Assembly (NCBI GenBank): GCA_049424145.1
Contig: JBMSSC010000001.1
Location: 32,267-96,266, forward strand
Reading direction: 5' to 3'
Length of the DNA stretch: 64,000 nt
Source of the DNA: Bdellovibrionia bacterium
GTDB lineage: Bacteria > Bdellovibrionota > UBA1018
Shown here: positions 37,771 through 47,782 of the stretch, in pieces
Layout: each line of letters opens with the position of its first letter
Position numbering within the stretch: the stretch's first letter is position 1
Position numbers and translations under genes: made by a program
Notes under the pieces: model-generated
Told to the model about the DNA's origin: nothing
Databases searched by the model: none
The model's input: the letters and a program-made list of their open reading frames with translations, nothing else

Positions 37771-39189
37771 ATGCAGATACCAAGGATGGCTTTGCTTTTG
37801 AGTTTGACTCTCGGGGTCAGTCTCAGTTTTGGGCTGGGTCGTGTGAGCGCCGCTGATTTTAAACCAGGAGAGCTCATCGTGAAGTACAAAAGCGGAGCGA
37901 TCCGAACGCGCGCTCAAGTGAATGCACTTTACCAAACTGTGGGAGTCAAAAGTGCCAATCACTTCTCGGGCGTGATGACTGGGTTTGATCACTGGATCTT
38001 GGATGAGGGGGTTAAGCTTCAGGACGCGATTCATGAGGTCAGTCAAAGTGAGCTCGTCGAATATGCTCAGCCCAACTACGTTCTGCATGTGCTTCCGATC
38101 GAAGACGAATCAGAGGATCCTGACTTCACCCCTGCACTTGCCGCTTTGGGGAAGTGCTGGTTTCCTGGGGTGAGTTTTCCCCCGGGTTGCGAGAAAAAAA
38201 GTGCAACTCAGCCTAAGCCAGGGGAGCTGGCTGATAGTCGGCCTGCACTTCAGGAACCACCGCTTGAGGTGATCCCTTCGTTAAAAGATCCTGATTTGAG
38301 TCGTGACTATGGCATGGCCAAGATTCGTGCCAATGAGGCCTGGGCTGTAACTCGCGGATCCAAAGAGATCGTGGTGGCTGATATTGATACGGGAATTGAC
38401 TATAATCATGAGGATTTGGCGTTCAATGTGTGGAGGAATCCTAATCCGGGAGAGAAGAACGACATCGTGGGATTTGATTTCGTCCATAATGATGGATTGC
38501 CATATGACGACAATGGACATGGCACTCACACAGCAGGAACGATTGGAGCTGTCGGAGGAAACGGGATAGGGACCTCGGGAGTGATTCAGAGGGTCTCCAT
38601 CATGAGTCTTAAGTTCTTAGATGGGGACGGAAGTGGAACCACTGCCGATGCGATTCGAGCGATTGATTATGCCATTGAGCATGGCGCCAGGGTCTTGAGT
38701 AATAGTTGGGGTGGCCGTGGTGATCCAGATAATCCGGCTCTGAAAGAAGCGATTGATCGGGTTAAAGCAAAAGATGTGCTTTTTGTCGCAGCAGCCGGCA
38801 ATGATGGAGTCGATAATGATGGTCCGAACGCGAGTTATCCTGCTGCATTCACAACCGAAAACCTGATTTCAGTTGCGGCAACAGATGAGCGAGATGGTTT
38901 GGCCTCTTTCTCCAATTATGGAAAAAAGACGACCCACCTTGCAGCACCTGGAGTGAAGATCTACAGTACGGCTCCAGGGAGTCGCTATAAGAGTCTCTCG
39001 GGGACCTCCATGGCGTGTCCCCATGTGGCAGGCGCTGCAGCCTTGCTCTGGTCTATTCATCCAAACTGGGGCTATCAGAAAATTAAAGAGGTTCTTCTCG
39101 GTACCGTAGATCCGGTGTCCTCGCTTGCTCGAAAGACGATCACAGGTGGGAGGCTTAACGTGGGACGGGCCCTGAATTATTCTGAGTAG
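37771..39189 (+). CDS. Secreted S8 subtilisin-family serine protease
   Basis: Signal peptide and prodomain; DIDTG, HGTH, AAGN and GTSMA motifs. Confidence 0.95.
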   Translation: MQIPRMALLLSLTLGVSLSFGLGRVSAADFKPGELIVKYKSGAIRTRAQVNALYQTVGVKSANHFSGVMTGFDHWILDEGVKLQDAIHEVSQSELVEYAQPNYVLHVLPIEDESEDPDFTPALAALGKCWFPGVSFPPGCEKKSATQPKPGELADSRPALQEPPLEVIPSLKDPDLSRDYGMAKIRANEAWAVTRGSKEIVVADIDTGIDYNHEDLAFNVWRNPNPGEKNDIVGFDFVHNDGLPYDDNGHGTHTAGTIGAVGGNGIGTSGVIQRVSIMSLKFLDGDGSGTTADAIRAIDYAIEHGARVLSNSWGGRGDPDNPALKEAIDRVKAKDVLFVAAAGNDGVDNDGPNASYPAAFTTENLISVAATDERDGLASFSNYGKKTTHLAAPGVKIYSTAPGSRYKSLSGTSMACPHVAGAAALLWSIHPNWGYQKIKEVLLGTVDPVSSLARKTITGGRLNVGRALNYSE

Positions 39190-39327
39190 ATTGAAAGTGA
39201 TTTAGATCAAGTCTTGTTTTCGGGTAGATCCTTTTGGGTCTGCCCTTTCTTTTGATTGCACTCTCATTTTCTTGCAATTCTTTTGAATTCCTTTTAGTTC
39301 TTAAATGAAGACTGAAAAGGGGCGCAC

Positions 39328-40770
39328 GTGGGGACAATTCAAAAGATATTAAGATTCGGCCTAGGGTTTCTCGGGATTGGATTGCTCCATCCTGCTTGGG
39401 CCCAGCTACCCTTTGTTCAAGGCGAGGTTTTAGTGAAGTACAAGCAGGGGGTTCTGCGTGAGCGTGTGAGTATGAATGCGCTTTACGATTCCGTGGGAGC
39501 CTCTCGTGTTCATCGGTTTCACGGGGCTGTGGGGAGTTTTGAGAAACTGGTCTTAGACGATCGCCAGGGAGTGGCCGAGGTCGTTAGTCGCTTACAAAAT
39601 GAAGATTCTGTGGAATGGGCGCAGCCGAACTACCTTCTTCATCTTCTGCCGGTATTTCCGGCTGCGGAACGACAAGTGCGTGAGCCGCAAATTGAGACTC
39701 TGCCGTTTGCTCCATGGGCATCGGAGTTGGCGGGGTTGAGTCCATGGGATGATTCCGGTTCTGAGGCTGAGATCAGCCGTAGGAAGCCAAAAAAAGACCC
39801 CTCTTTCGATCGTCCCCGGATTCATCCGCTGCCTCTGCATGAACCTGAGGTCGTGGTTGATCCCGATTTAGCTCAAGCCTATGGTTTGAGTAAGATTGGG
39901 GCGCCTCAGGTCTGGCCGTTTGCTCGCGGGAGTCGCTCCATTATCGTGGCGGATATCGATACGGGAGTGGATTATAATCATCCAGACTTAGTTTTTAATA
40001 TTTGGAGAAATCCCCATCCGGTGAAGAACGATTTAGTGGGATTTGATTTTGTCCACCAAGATGGATTGCCCTACGATGACAATGAACATGGGACCCATGT
40101 GGCAGGGATCATTGGGGCGGTCGGGTCCAATGGTCTGGGAGTTTCCGGGGTGAGTCAGCGGGTCTCAATCATGGTGCTGAAATTCCTCAGTGGATCGGGC
40201 TCAGGAACAACCTCCGATGCGATTGAAGCCATTGATTATGCCGTATCGCACGGAGCAAAGGTTTTAAATAACAGTTGGGGCAGCTCTGGCGGGTCAGGCA
40301 AGGACAATCAGTTGCTGATTGAGGCGTTTCATCGGGCCCGAGATCGGGGAGTGTTATTCATTGCTGCAGCCGGCAATGAAGGAAATGATAACGACGGCGA
40401 AGAAGCGGACTATCCGGCGGCCTTTCATTTGGAAAATGAGATTGCCGTGGCGGCAAGTGATGAAAAAGATGAGCTTGCTGAGTTCTCCAACTACGGGAAA
40501 AAAACCACTCACCTTGCTGCCCCTGGGGTTAACATCTACAGCACGGTTCCAGGAGGGGGCTATCGGGCGCTTTCAGGATCTTCTATGGCTGCTCCGATGG
40601 TGTCCGGAGCAGCGGCTCTGCTTTGGTCTGCACATCCGGATTGGACGGATCAACAAATTAAGCAGGCTCTTTTGGATTCAGTCGATGCGATCCCCTCGCT
40701 GAAGGCTAAGGTCAGTACGGGGGGAAGACTCAATGTGGCCAATGCATTTTTTAGGCGCATCGGCCATTAA
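39328..40770 (+). CDS. Secreted S8 subtilisin-family serine protease, paralogue
   Basis: Same architecture; DIDTG, HGTH, AAGN and GSSMA motifs. Confidence 0.95.
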   Translation: MGTIQKILRFGLGFLGIGLLHPAWAQLPFVQGEVLVKYKQGVLRERVSMNALYDSVGASRVHRFHGAVGSFEKLVLDDRQGVAEVVSRLQNEDSVEWAQPNYLLHLLPVFPAAERQVREPQIETLPFAPWASELAGLSPWDDSGSEAEISRRKPKKDPSFDRPRIHPLPLHEPEVVVDPDLAQAYGLSKIGAPQVWPFARGSRSIIVADIDTGVDYNHPDLVFNIWRNPHPVKNDLVGFDFVHQDGLPYDDNEHGTHVAGIIGAVGSNGLGVSGVSQRVSIMVLKFLSGSGSGTTSDAIEAIDYAVSHGAKVLNNSWGSSGGSGKDNQLLIEAFHRARDRGVLFIAAAGNEGNDNDGEEADYPAAFHLENEIAVAASDEKDELAEFSNYGKKTTHLAAPGVNIYSTVPGGGYRALSGSSMAAPMVSGAAALLWSAHPDWTDQQIKQALLDSVDAIPSLKAKVSTGGRLNVANAFFRRIGH

Positions 40771-40915
40771 TTGAAAAAAAACCCAAAAAAAGAAAAGATG
40801 GTCTTAAGGCGCTGAGCGCAGTTTAAGGCATCTACACTGCATTGGTCGAAAAAAACCGCTGAGCTCAGGCTTAAGTGCTCCTTGGGATCCCATCAAACGC
40901 AGCGCTTGGTTTGGG

Positions 40916-41326
40916 TTAAGCAAATTTTCTTGAAAACGTTGCTCCTAAGCTCTTATGCTCGCGACCCATGGCCGTTAAGACTTCTTTTCGTTCCTGCTCT
41001 TCTTTGCAGGAGACGCAAAGAGTCGCCGTCGGACGGGCTTCGAGTCGTCGGATCTCAATGTCCTCTTGGCACTCTTGACACTCACCAAACGTTCCGTCTT
41101 CAATTCGTTTGAGAGCTTCGTCAATTTTTTTAATGTAGAGCGTTTCGCGATTTCTGAGTCGCATTCTCATGGCTTGTTCGATGTCAGTGGTGGCTTGATC
41201 AATTTCATCGTAGCGATCATCGGCGCAAACACTGAAGTCTTCTCGAACCACTCGATCGTTGAATAAAATTTTCTCTCTCTGGGATTCAAAAATTCTTTTG
41301 AATTTCCTGATGATTTCCTTTTTCAT
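40916..41326 (-). CDS. dksA: DksA/TraR C4 zinc-finger transcription factor
   Basis: DEIDQA (DxxDxA) coiled-coil tip; CQEC...RLEARP.ATLCVSC. Confidence 0.9.
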   Translation of the reverse strand: MKKEIIRKFKRIFESQREKILFNDRVVREDFSVCADDRYDEIDQATTDIEQAMRMRLRNRETLYIKKIDEALKRIEDGTFGECQECQEDIEIRRLEARPTATLCVSCKEEQERKEVLTAMGREHKSLGATFSRKFA

Positions 41327-41916
41327 GGTGTTTCTGCCCCCTTAAGTTCACGGATGATCGATTGACTGATGGATTGTAGGGTTTCCATAACGCCTTGTCC
41401 ACTATTTGCAACAGCTTCGAAATAGGGGCGACGCATGGGGTTAAAGGTTGCTTCCATTTCTGAAATACTCACAACTCCAGGCATATCTCTTTTGTTGTAC
41501 TGAAAAACAAGAGGTAGTTTGCTGAGATCGTATCCTTGTTTTTCAAGGCTCTTTTCAAGAGCTTCAAATGCTTCAATATTGGACTCCATTCGTTCGGATT
41601 GGCTATCGGCAACAAAGACGATTCCGTCAACGCCTTTGAGAATAAATTGCCTGGAGACTTCGTAAAACGTTTGCCCAGGAATGGTATAAAGGTGAAAGCG
41701 CGTTTTGTAGCCCTTGACCTCGCCGATGGCCAGAGGCAGAAAATCAAAAAAGAGGGTTCGTTCGTTTTCAGTGCTCAGAGTCACCAGCTTTCCTCGGTGG
41801 GCTTGCTGCGTGTGCTCATAAATGTATTGAACGTTGGTTGTTTTTCCGCTTAATCCAGGACCAAAGTAGATGACTTTGCAGTTAATCTCTTTGGTCGCAT
41901 AATTGATGAAGCTCAC
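41323..41916 (-). CDS. mglA: MglA Ras-like GTPase
   Basis: MSFINY..EINCK, GPGLSGKTTN, ERTLFFDF, HLYTIPGQ and YNKRD motifs. Confidence 0.95.
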   Translation of the reverse strand: MSFINYATKEINCKVIYFGPGLSGKTTNVQYIYEHTQQAHRGKLVTLSTENERTLFFDFLPLAIGEVKGYKTRFHLYTIPGQTFYEVSRQFILKGVDGIVFVADSQSERMESNIEAFEALEKSLEKQGYDLSKLPLVFQYNKRDMPGVVSISEMEATFNPMRRPYFEAVANSGQGVMETLQSISQSIIRELKGAETP

Positions 41917-42537
41917 TTAATTGATCTCCATTCGGTTTTCTAATGCTTTACTCAGGGTTTGTCGGTCAGTGTATTCCAATAAGCCGCCGACAGGAAGACC
42001 ATGAGCTAATTTTGTTAATCGCATTCCCAATGGTTTTAGCAGTTGAATGAGGTACAGGCTAGTGGCTTCTCCCTCGACACTTGAGTTTGTAGCTAAAATT
42101 ATTTCCCGAATGTTATTCTCTGTGGATTGAAGTCGAGTCAAAAGCTCGCGGATCTTGAGTTCCTCAGGACCAATTCCATCTAAAGGCGAGAGCGTGCCAT
42201 GAAGGACATGGTAAACGCCATTGAAAGTATGCGATTGCTCCAGTGAGTAGACATCGCTGGGCCTCTCAACAATGCAAAGGAGGCTTGTGTCTCGCTCGGT
42301 GTCCAGGCAAATGGAACAGGTTTGAGCATGAGTGAACGTCAGACAGAGGTGGCAGAGGTGAGTTTTTTTCTTTGCATTTAAAACGGCATCCGAGAGTGCC
42401 TGTGCATAGGTCTCCTCCTGCTTTAAGATGAAATAAGAAAGCCGTGCAGCCGTTTTTTGTCCGATTCCGGGGAGCTTCGAGAGCTCAAAGATCAGTTTGG
42501 CTACAGGATCTCTGTGGTCAACTGGAGGTCTTTGCAT
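41917..42537 (-). CDS. recR: Recombination protein RecR
   Basis: LPGIGQKTAARL, C4 zinc finger, YHVLHG.LSPLDGIGP and EGEAT motifs; probable start ATG 42537. Confidence 0.96.
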   Translation of the reverse strand: MQRPPVDHRDPVAKLIFELSKLPGIGQKTAARLSYFILKQEETYAQALSDAVLNAKKKTHLCHLCLTFTHAQTCSICLDTERDTSLLCIVERPSDVYSLEQSHTFNGVYHVLHGTLSPLDGIGPEELKIRELLTRLQSTENNIREIILATNSSVEGEATSLYLIQLLKPLGMRLTKLAHGLPVGGLLEYTDRQTLSKALENRMEIN

Positions 42538-44242
42538 GCGGGTTCTCGATGATCTCAATTTGGCCTAGTTCTCCTCCAAAAAGAGATTTGGCCTCAAGTA
42601 AGATCGGATGATTGAGGATTTTTTCTTTAAGTAAATTGGTCTGCTCTTGTTTGGCTCGTTCTTTTTTATGGATCAAGCTTTCCCCTGAACTCTTCATTTC
42701 AATCTGAAGTCGAACCGGAGCACCGAAGTACTCCCGGCTGAGCTGAAGAAGTTGTTCCTGATAGGTACGGGTTTGCAATTGCTCGCGGAAGTAGAGATTT
42801 TCGGAGTTAAAATAAATGACCAGTTCTGCTTGGGCCTGAGGGGAGGAAGGGATACTCGAGTCACAGGCATGCTCTAAGATCGAAGCCAAAAGGGGCCTCG
42901 TTTTTCTGATGTGATCAATGAGGCCCTCCCAGCAGACTTTTCCTGGCTTTTGAGCAGAGCTCGTTTTTGAGGCTAGCGGTACCTCAGGGCGAGCTAAGTT
43001 CTGCGGCTGAGACTGCGGCTGTGGCTGAGACTGAGGAGTGGGAACGCTAGGAGGATTTCTTTCAGCGTGAGATTCAACCGGGGTGAGGCTCCGAGGCTTT
43101 TGGGCTGGCTCTTGGCTCAGGGAGTTGAGCTCAATGAATGCGTCGGCTGTGGCACACTTAATGATCAAAACGTCTAAGACGATCTTGGGCTGAAGCGACT
43201 TGGCCACCCATTCGAGTCCCGTGTGAAAGATTTGAAAGATGAACTCAAGTTCTTCCAGGGGTCTGAGTTGTGCGAGGCTCTGAAGCTCTTGGTATTCTTC
43301 TTCAGAAAAGGAGCTGAAGCTCGTCAAAGGGGCTCCAACCTGAGCTAAAAGACAGCCATGTAAGAATTCAATGAGGGTTCGAGTGAAAACGCGGAGGTCA
43401 TGGCCTTCCTCATAAGCTCTTTCGATCAGAGGAAGACACTCCTTGGGGTTTCTTTTAAAGATCCCCGAGAGAATGCCTAAGATCACTTGTCCATCCATGA
43501 GTCCAATGCTCTGTCGAACAGAAGTTAAGGTGACCCGGGAGCCTGAAAACGCAATGACTTGATCTAATAATGAAAGCGCATCGCGCATGCTGCCTTCGGC
43601 CGAGCGCGCAATGAGGGCTAAAGAAGCAGGCTCCGCTTCAATGCCCTCAGCTTGAACGATGAATTTTAAGCGCGCTTCAATTTGTGCGAGATTCACTCGT
43701 CTATAATCAAAGCGTTGGCAGCGGGATAAAATTGTGGCAGGGATTTTATGAGGCTCTGTGGTAGCAAAAATAAAGATCACATGCGCAGGGGGCTCTTCTA
43801 GGGTCTTTAATAAAGCATTGAAGGCGGCTGTTGTGAGCATGTGGACTTCATCGATGATGTAGATTTTTCGGTCGCCCGTTAAAGGCATGTATTTGGCGTT
43901 TTCCCGAATTTCTCGAACCGCATCGACTCCATTATTGGAGGCTCCGTCGATTTCAATCACATCCACACTGTTGCCTTGAGTGATCTCTCGACAGCTGGCG
44001 CATTGATCACAGGACTGAAGAAAGTCTCCTTCGATTTGGATCTGTTGGCAACGAACGGCTTTTGCAAAAATACGCGCAATCGAGGTCTTCCCAACGCCTC
44101 GAGCACCCGTAAAAAGGTAGGCTTGATGAATCCTCTTGAGTTGAATGGCATTGCTGAGAGTGCGAACAATATGGCTTTGGCCCACGATGTGTGAGAATTG
44201 CGCTGGACGCCATTTCCTGGCCAAGACTACATACGGTGCCAC
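42518..44242 (-). CDS. dnaX: DNA polymerase III gamma/tau subunit
   Basis: LARKWRP, GARGVGKTS, EIDGASN, IIDEVHML and SRC motifs; PQ-rich linker. Confidence 0.97.
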   Translation of the reverse strand: MAPYVVLARKWRPAQFSHIVGQSHIVRTLSNAIQLKRIHQAYLFTGARGVGKTSIARIFAKAVRCQQIQIEGDFLQSCDQCASCREITQGNSVDVIEIDGASNNGVDAVREIRENAKYMPLTGDRKIYIIDEVHMLTTAAFNALLKTLEEPPAHVIFIFATTEPHKIPATILSRCQRFDYRRVNLAQIEARLKFIVQAEGIEAEPASLALIARSAEGSMRDALSLLDQVIAFSGSRVTLTSVRQSIGLMDGQVILGILSGIFKRNPKECLPLIERAYEEGHDLRVFTRTLIEFLHGCLLAQVGAPLTSFSSFSEEEYQELQSLAQLRPLEELEFIFQIFHTGLEWVAKSLQPKIVLDVLIIKCATADAFIELNSLSQEPAQKPRSLTPVESHAERNPPSVPTPQSQPQPQSQPQNLARPEVPLASKTSSAQKPGKVCWEGLIDHIRKTRPLLASILEHACDSSIPSSPQAQAELVIYFNSENLYFREQLQTRTYQEQLLQLSREYFGAPVRLQIEMKSSGESLIHKKERAKQEQTNLLKEKILNHPILLEAKSLFGGELGQIEIIENPHAKTSS

Positions 44243-44408
44243 TGCTTGACTCTCCTCGATCTAAACGGCTTCATATCCTTTGAAGTAATGGGGGGACACT
44301 ATCTTGTCTAAATCGGAGAAACAAGTCCAAATCCCATTGTCCAATCAAAAGGCATGCCGTTTCTTGAAACCTGCAGTAGGAGCCCGTGAGCGGCTTTGTT
44401 GGGGTGAG

Positions 44409-45446
44409 CTAGCGATGGAAAGGGGGGGCTAAAAGCGGGATCTGGTTTTGATTGAAGTAAGCCAGGAGTTGCGCGTTGAGGTCCGAAGTAGCCGCTGGCA
44501 AGTGAGTGAAGTCGCTCACGCCATAGGAAATGCCAATGAGGGGGTGACCGTCTGAGAGGCTTAAAAGATTCACGGAGATGGGGTGGTTCTGGTCAATTTT
44601 TTCAATGCCTTGAGCAATTTTTAAAAACTCCGCTCGCACTTGGGAGAATTCGATGGAGCTTGGAAGTCGAACTTGGACTTGAGAGATCATCTGGCGGCTG
44701 GATAAAGAGAGGTTCACAATTCTCGTATTGACGAGTTCTGAGTTAGGGACAATCAGAGTGTTTCCGTCAGTTGTTCGGATTTGAGTGCTCCTTAAGCCAA
44801 TGACTTTGACATCGCCTGAGGCTGGACCGAGCGAGATTCGATCCCCGGGCTTGAGGTTTCGGTCCATGATCAGGATGAAGCCTGAAATCATGTTGGAGAG
44901 AGTGTCTTTCGCTGCAAGCCCGACGGCTAAGGAGCTGACTCCGAGAGCGGTAATAAAAGACATCACATCATAATTGAAGTGTTTTAGGATGACGATGCCC
45001 CCAGTGAGGGTCACAAACACGCTTAAGATATTTTGAAGGAGCGGGACAAAGCCTGAGTCAAACGTCTCATAATGGTCCGCTTTTTGGGAGGACCAGTCGA
45101 TTCCGAGCAGGGCCATTCGTTTTAAGAGCAGCAGGCCAAACACCACGGTGAAAACAAAGCACACGTGATTGAGTCGGTGATAAATGCGGTCCTCTAAAGG
45201 TGCGAGTTCTAAAAAAAAGTTAAAACCCACGAGGCCAATGATTCCGGATAAAGCAGTCCACAGGGAGTCGATCACTCGCGGGTCTTTCCCTCCGCGACTC
45301 ACCGATTGGAGCCAGTTTTTCTTGGCTTCAAAAGCCGATTTGGCTTGGAGGTGGATAAATAACGTCACTGGAATCATGCTCAGAGCTAAGACCCAGTCTT
45401 TGACGGCAGTTAAATGAGACGAGTAGTGAGAAAAAAAATTTTCCAT
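44409..45446 (-). CDS. MscS-family mechanosensitive channel
   Basis: LAVGLAAKDTLSNMISG, GD, IGLRST and VPNS motifs. Confidence 0.9.
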   Translation of the reverse strand: MENFFSHYSSHLTAVKDWVLALSMIPVTLFIHLQAKSAFEAKKNWLQSVSRGGKDPRVIDSLWTALSGIIGLVGFNFFLELAPLEDRIYHRLNHVCFVFTVVFGLLLLKRMALLGIDWSSQKADHYETFDSGFVPLLQNILSVFVTLTGGIVILKHFNYDVMSFITALGVSSLAVGLAAKDTLSNMISGFILIMDRNLKPGDRISLGPASGDVKVIGLRSTQIRTTDGNTLIVPNSELVNTRIVNLSLSSRQMISQVQVRLPSSIEFSQVRAEFLKIAQGIEKIDQNHPISVNLLSLSDGHPLIGISYGVSDFTHLPAATSDLNAQLLAYFNQNQIPLLAPPFHR

Positions 45447-45537
45447 GGAACAGGATTGAGAATACCACAAACCGATTGAAATTCCATTGAGTGAGTGACA
45501 GACTTGTTCGAAGTTTTGAAAGACGAATAAAGGGTAA

Positions 45538-46107
45538 TTGAACTTGAAACATTTTTATTTTCCAGTCAGTTTCGGTACGATTCTGATGAGTTGGACCTCT
45601 GAAGATTTGCTTTATCGAATCGAGTGGTCCGCCAATCGCTTGATTGCTTATCAGAAAGTCAGCGTTCCTTCGCAGTTTGGAGAATTAATTGATTCCATTC
45701 GAGCCTACTTCTACCAAGGAGAGCCATTGATGCCGATTCCTTGGGAGTGGTTGGATCAAAGTGAGTGGAGTGAGTTTCAAAAGGACGTTTATCGGACGAT
45801 CGCTCAGATTCCTCATGGACAGAGAAGGACTTATGGCTGGGTGGCAGCCAAGCTCGGCAAGGTTTCCGCTCATCGGGCTGTTGGTCAGGCATTGAAGAAA
45901 AATCCTCTGCCCATTTTAATTCCCTGTCATCGCATTCAATGCCGTCAGTCCCTGGGGGGATTTATGGGCTCTTTGGATCCTCGATGTGCCGAGATGCACC
46001 TCAAGCGCAAGCTCTTGGCTTTAGAGGAAGAGTATGAAAGCCCGTTGTTCTCCTTTTTAACTCCTGAGGCGGGGCGGAGTTTTTTTGAGTCCATGCGGAC
46101 GAACTAA
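45538..46107 (+). CDS. ogt: Methylated-DNA-protein-cysteine methyltransferase
   Basis: IPHG..RTYG, RAVGQA and NPLPILIPCHR motifs. Confidence 0.88.
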   Translation: MNLKHFYFPVSFGTILMSWTSEDLLYRIEWSANRLIAYQKVSVPSQFGELIDSIRAYFYQGEPLMPIPWEWLDQSEWSEFQKDVYRTIAQIPHGQRRTYGWVAAKLGKVSAHRAVGQALKKNPLPILIPCHRIQCRQSLGGFMGSLDPRCAEMHLKRKLLALEEEYESPLFSFLTPEAGRSFFESMRTN

Positions 46108-46125
46108 GATGCGGAGTGACTGGGC

Positions 46126-47520
46126 GTGAAAATCAAGGGCTCTAGGCTCTGGGCAAGCAGTGGATTTTTGGTTTGCTCAGGGATTTTAGCTCTGGGGATT
46201 GCTCAGGCTTACTGGCGGGGGGCTCCGGATTTTTCGGTTTTTTACCAAGCAGGAAGGCTGGTCCTCGAAGGTCGGGGTCTTGAGATCTATCGAGTCAGCC
46301 CGGATCGTTTCTTATATGGGCCGGGATTTGCTTGGCTTTTTAGTCCAATCGCGGTTTTTCCTCGGCCGTGGGCTTTGGCTTTATGGTGTGCGGCTAAAGT
46401 GATGGTCTGTGTAGGCATGGCTTGGGGCTTAGGTCAGGCCTATCAAAGAAAAAGTCCGCTTCGGGATGGAGGAGTTTTTTGGGGTCTTTTGTTTTGGTCA
46501 TGTGTTTTTATTGCTCGCCCTTTGTTGATCGATTTTTACTACGGTCAGGTCAATCTGATGGTGTTGGGGGCTTGTGTTTGGGCTTTGCTCAGGCATCATG
46601 AGGACCATGAGGGGCATCTGGGTCATCCGGGTCATCCGGGTCATGAAGAGTGGGTGATTGGGTCCGCGCGGAGTTCTTCACTAGGAGCGTTGAGTGGGGC
46701 CTCCTCCCAAATCTCGGCTCACCCAAGTTGGTCCGGGGAGTCTAAAGCGCCGTTGCAAGAATCGATCAAAGACGGCTTGAGTTTCACGCTCTTGACTTGG
46801 GCTGCGCTTTCAAAGTTATTTCCCTTGCCTTTGCTTTTGCTTCCCTGGTTGCCGTTTCAGCGGGTTTCTTCCCGCAAAAGGCGCTCGGAGCAACTCGGTA
46901 TTGTCCTGGGTGTTTTCTCCCTGCTTGGGGTTTTGCAATTTTCTGTGGGTTGGGAGGGGCTCTTCAGTCTATTGATGCAGTGGAAAGAGGCACTTCTTTT
47001 GAAGGGCTTGCCTTTAGAGTCTCATAATCAGAGTTTTACCGCTCTTTTGTATCATTATTTTAGTGGCCAACCCACGCCTGTGATTGCAGAAGGAGGGCGG
47101 CTTTTTACCTTGGGCTGGCAGAGTTTATCTCAGGCTCAGATTCAGGCGATCAGTGGGGTTTGGACTCTGACGTGGATGGCACTCATTTTAGGTTGGCTCT
47201 GTGCTCATTCTCGAGTGGAGCACCTCAGGTGGATGGCGATCCTCATTGGGCTTCTCATTCTCCCTTCTTACTTGATTTGGAAGCCTTATTTTGTCATGAC
47301 TTTACCATTAGCGATTTTTATCCTTCATTGGAGTGTTCTGAAGCGAAGCCTTGGGCTGGGGCTTGCTTGGGTAGTGTTGTTCTTTGTATTCAACTTGAGC
47401 GGGTTTGATTTTGTTGGGCATCAGGCTGCAACGTACTTGGAGTCGGCCTCGGTTTTGCTCTTAGTCCACGTAGCGTTGATGCTGATCACAGTGGCCTTGC
47501 CTCAATTGAAAACGCGCTAG
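46126..47520 (+). CDS. GT87/DUF2029-like GT-C glycosyltransferase
   Basis: DFSVFY, FLY.P, GQVN, K.FP and HNQS motifs; polytopic. Confidence 0.8.
   Translation: MKIKGSRLWASSGFLVCSGILALGIAQAYWRGAPDFSVFYQAGRLVLEGRGLEIYRVSPDRFLYGPGFAWLFSPIAVFPRPWALALWCAAKVMVCVGMAWGLGQAYQRKSPLRDGGVFWGLLFWSCVFIARPLLIDFYYGQVNLMVLGACVWALLRHHEDHEGHLGHPGHPGHEEWVIGSARSSSLGALSGASSQISAHPSWSGESKAPLQESIKDGLSFTLLTWAALSKLFPLPLLLLPWLPFQRVSSRKRRSEQLGIVLGVFSLLGVLQFSVGWEGLFSLLMQWKEALLLKGLPLESHNQSFTALLYHYFSGQPTPVIAEGGRLFTLGWQSLSQAQIQAISGVWTLTWMALILGWLCAHSRVEHLRWMAILIGLLILPSYLIWKPYFVMTLPLAIFILHWSVLKRSLGLGLAWVVLFFVFNLSGFDFVGHQAATYLESASVLLLVHVALMLITVALPQLKTR
46594..46650 (+). repeat. 9-bp-period coding repeat encoding a His-rich tract
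   Basis: GGTCATCCG units encode HHEDHEGHLGHPGHPGHEE. Confidence 0.75.
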
Positions 47521-47782
47521 TTTGCCCGGGGACTGAGAGCTCTGGGCGGGTAAAGTGGAGTTTGGAAGCTTGGATTTGAGTTGAGCCCACTGAAGAAAGA
47601 CGGATGGGTTTTGACCGGTGAGGGCAGTAGCAGGGGTGAATGCCGTCAGATTCTTGGCCCTGTTGAGGTTGTCCTGAGTTCGCTTAGGATCGGTTTGAAT
47701 GGGGTGATGAGAATTAGTTTTTGTTTTTAATTTAAATAAAAAATAAATATCGAATGAGGTTTTTTTAGATTAAAATTAAGCT

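Noticed and set aside
42660..42670. dnaX -1 frameshift site
   Set aside because: The AAAAAAG run is in the wrong phase (CAT AAA AAA GAA) and lies near the C-terminus.
43001..43036. 6-bp-period repeat in dnaX (PQSQPQPQSQPQ)
   Set aside because: An ordinary low-complexity linker of the tau subunit.
44243..44408. SRP RNA or tRNA upstream of dnaX
   Set aside because: No SRP helix-8 (GGAA/AGCAG) pattern or cloverleaf was recognisable on either strand.
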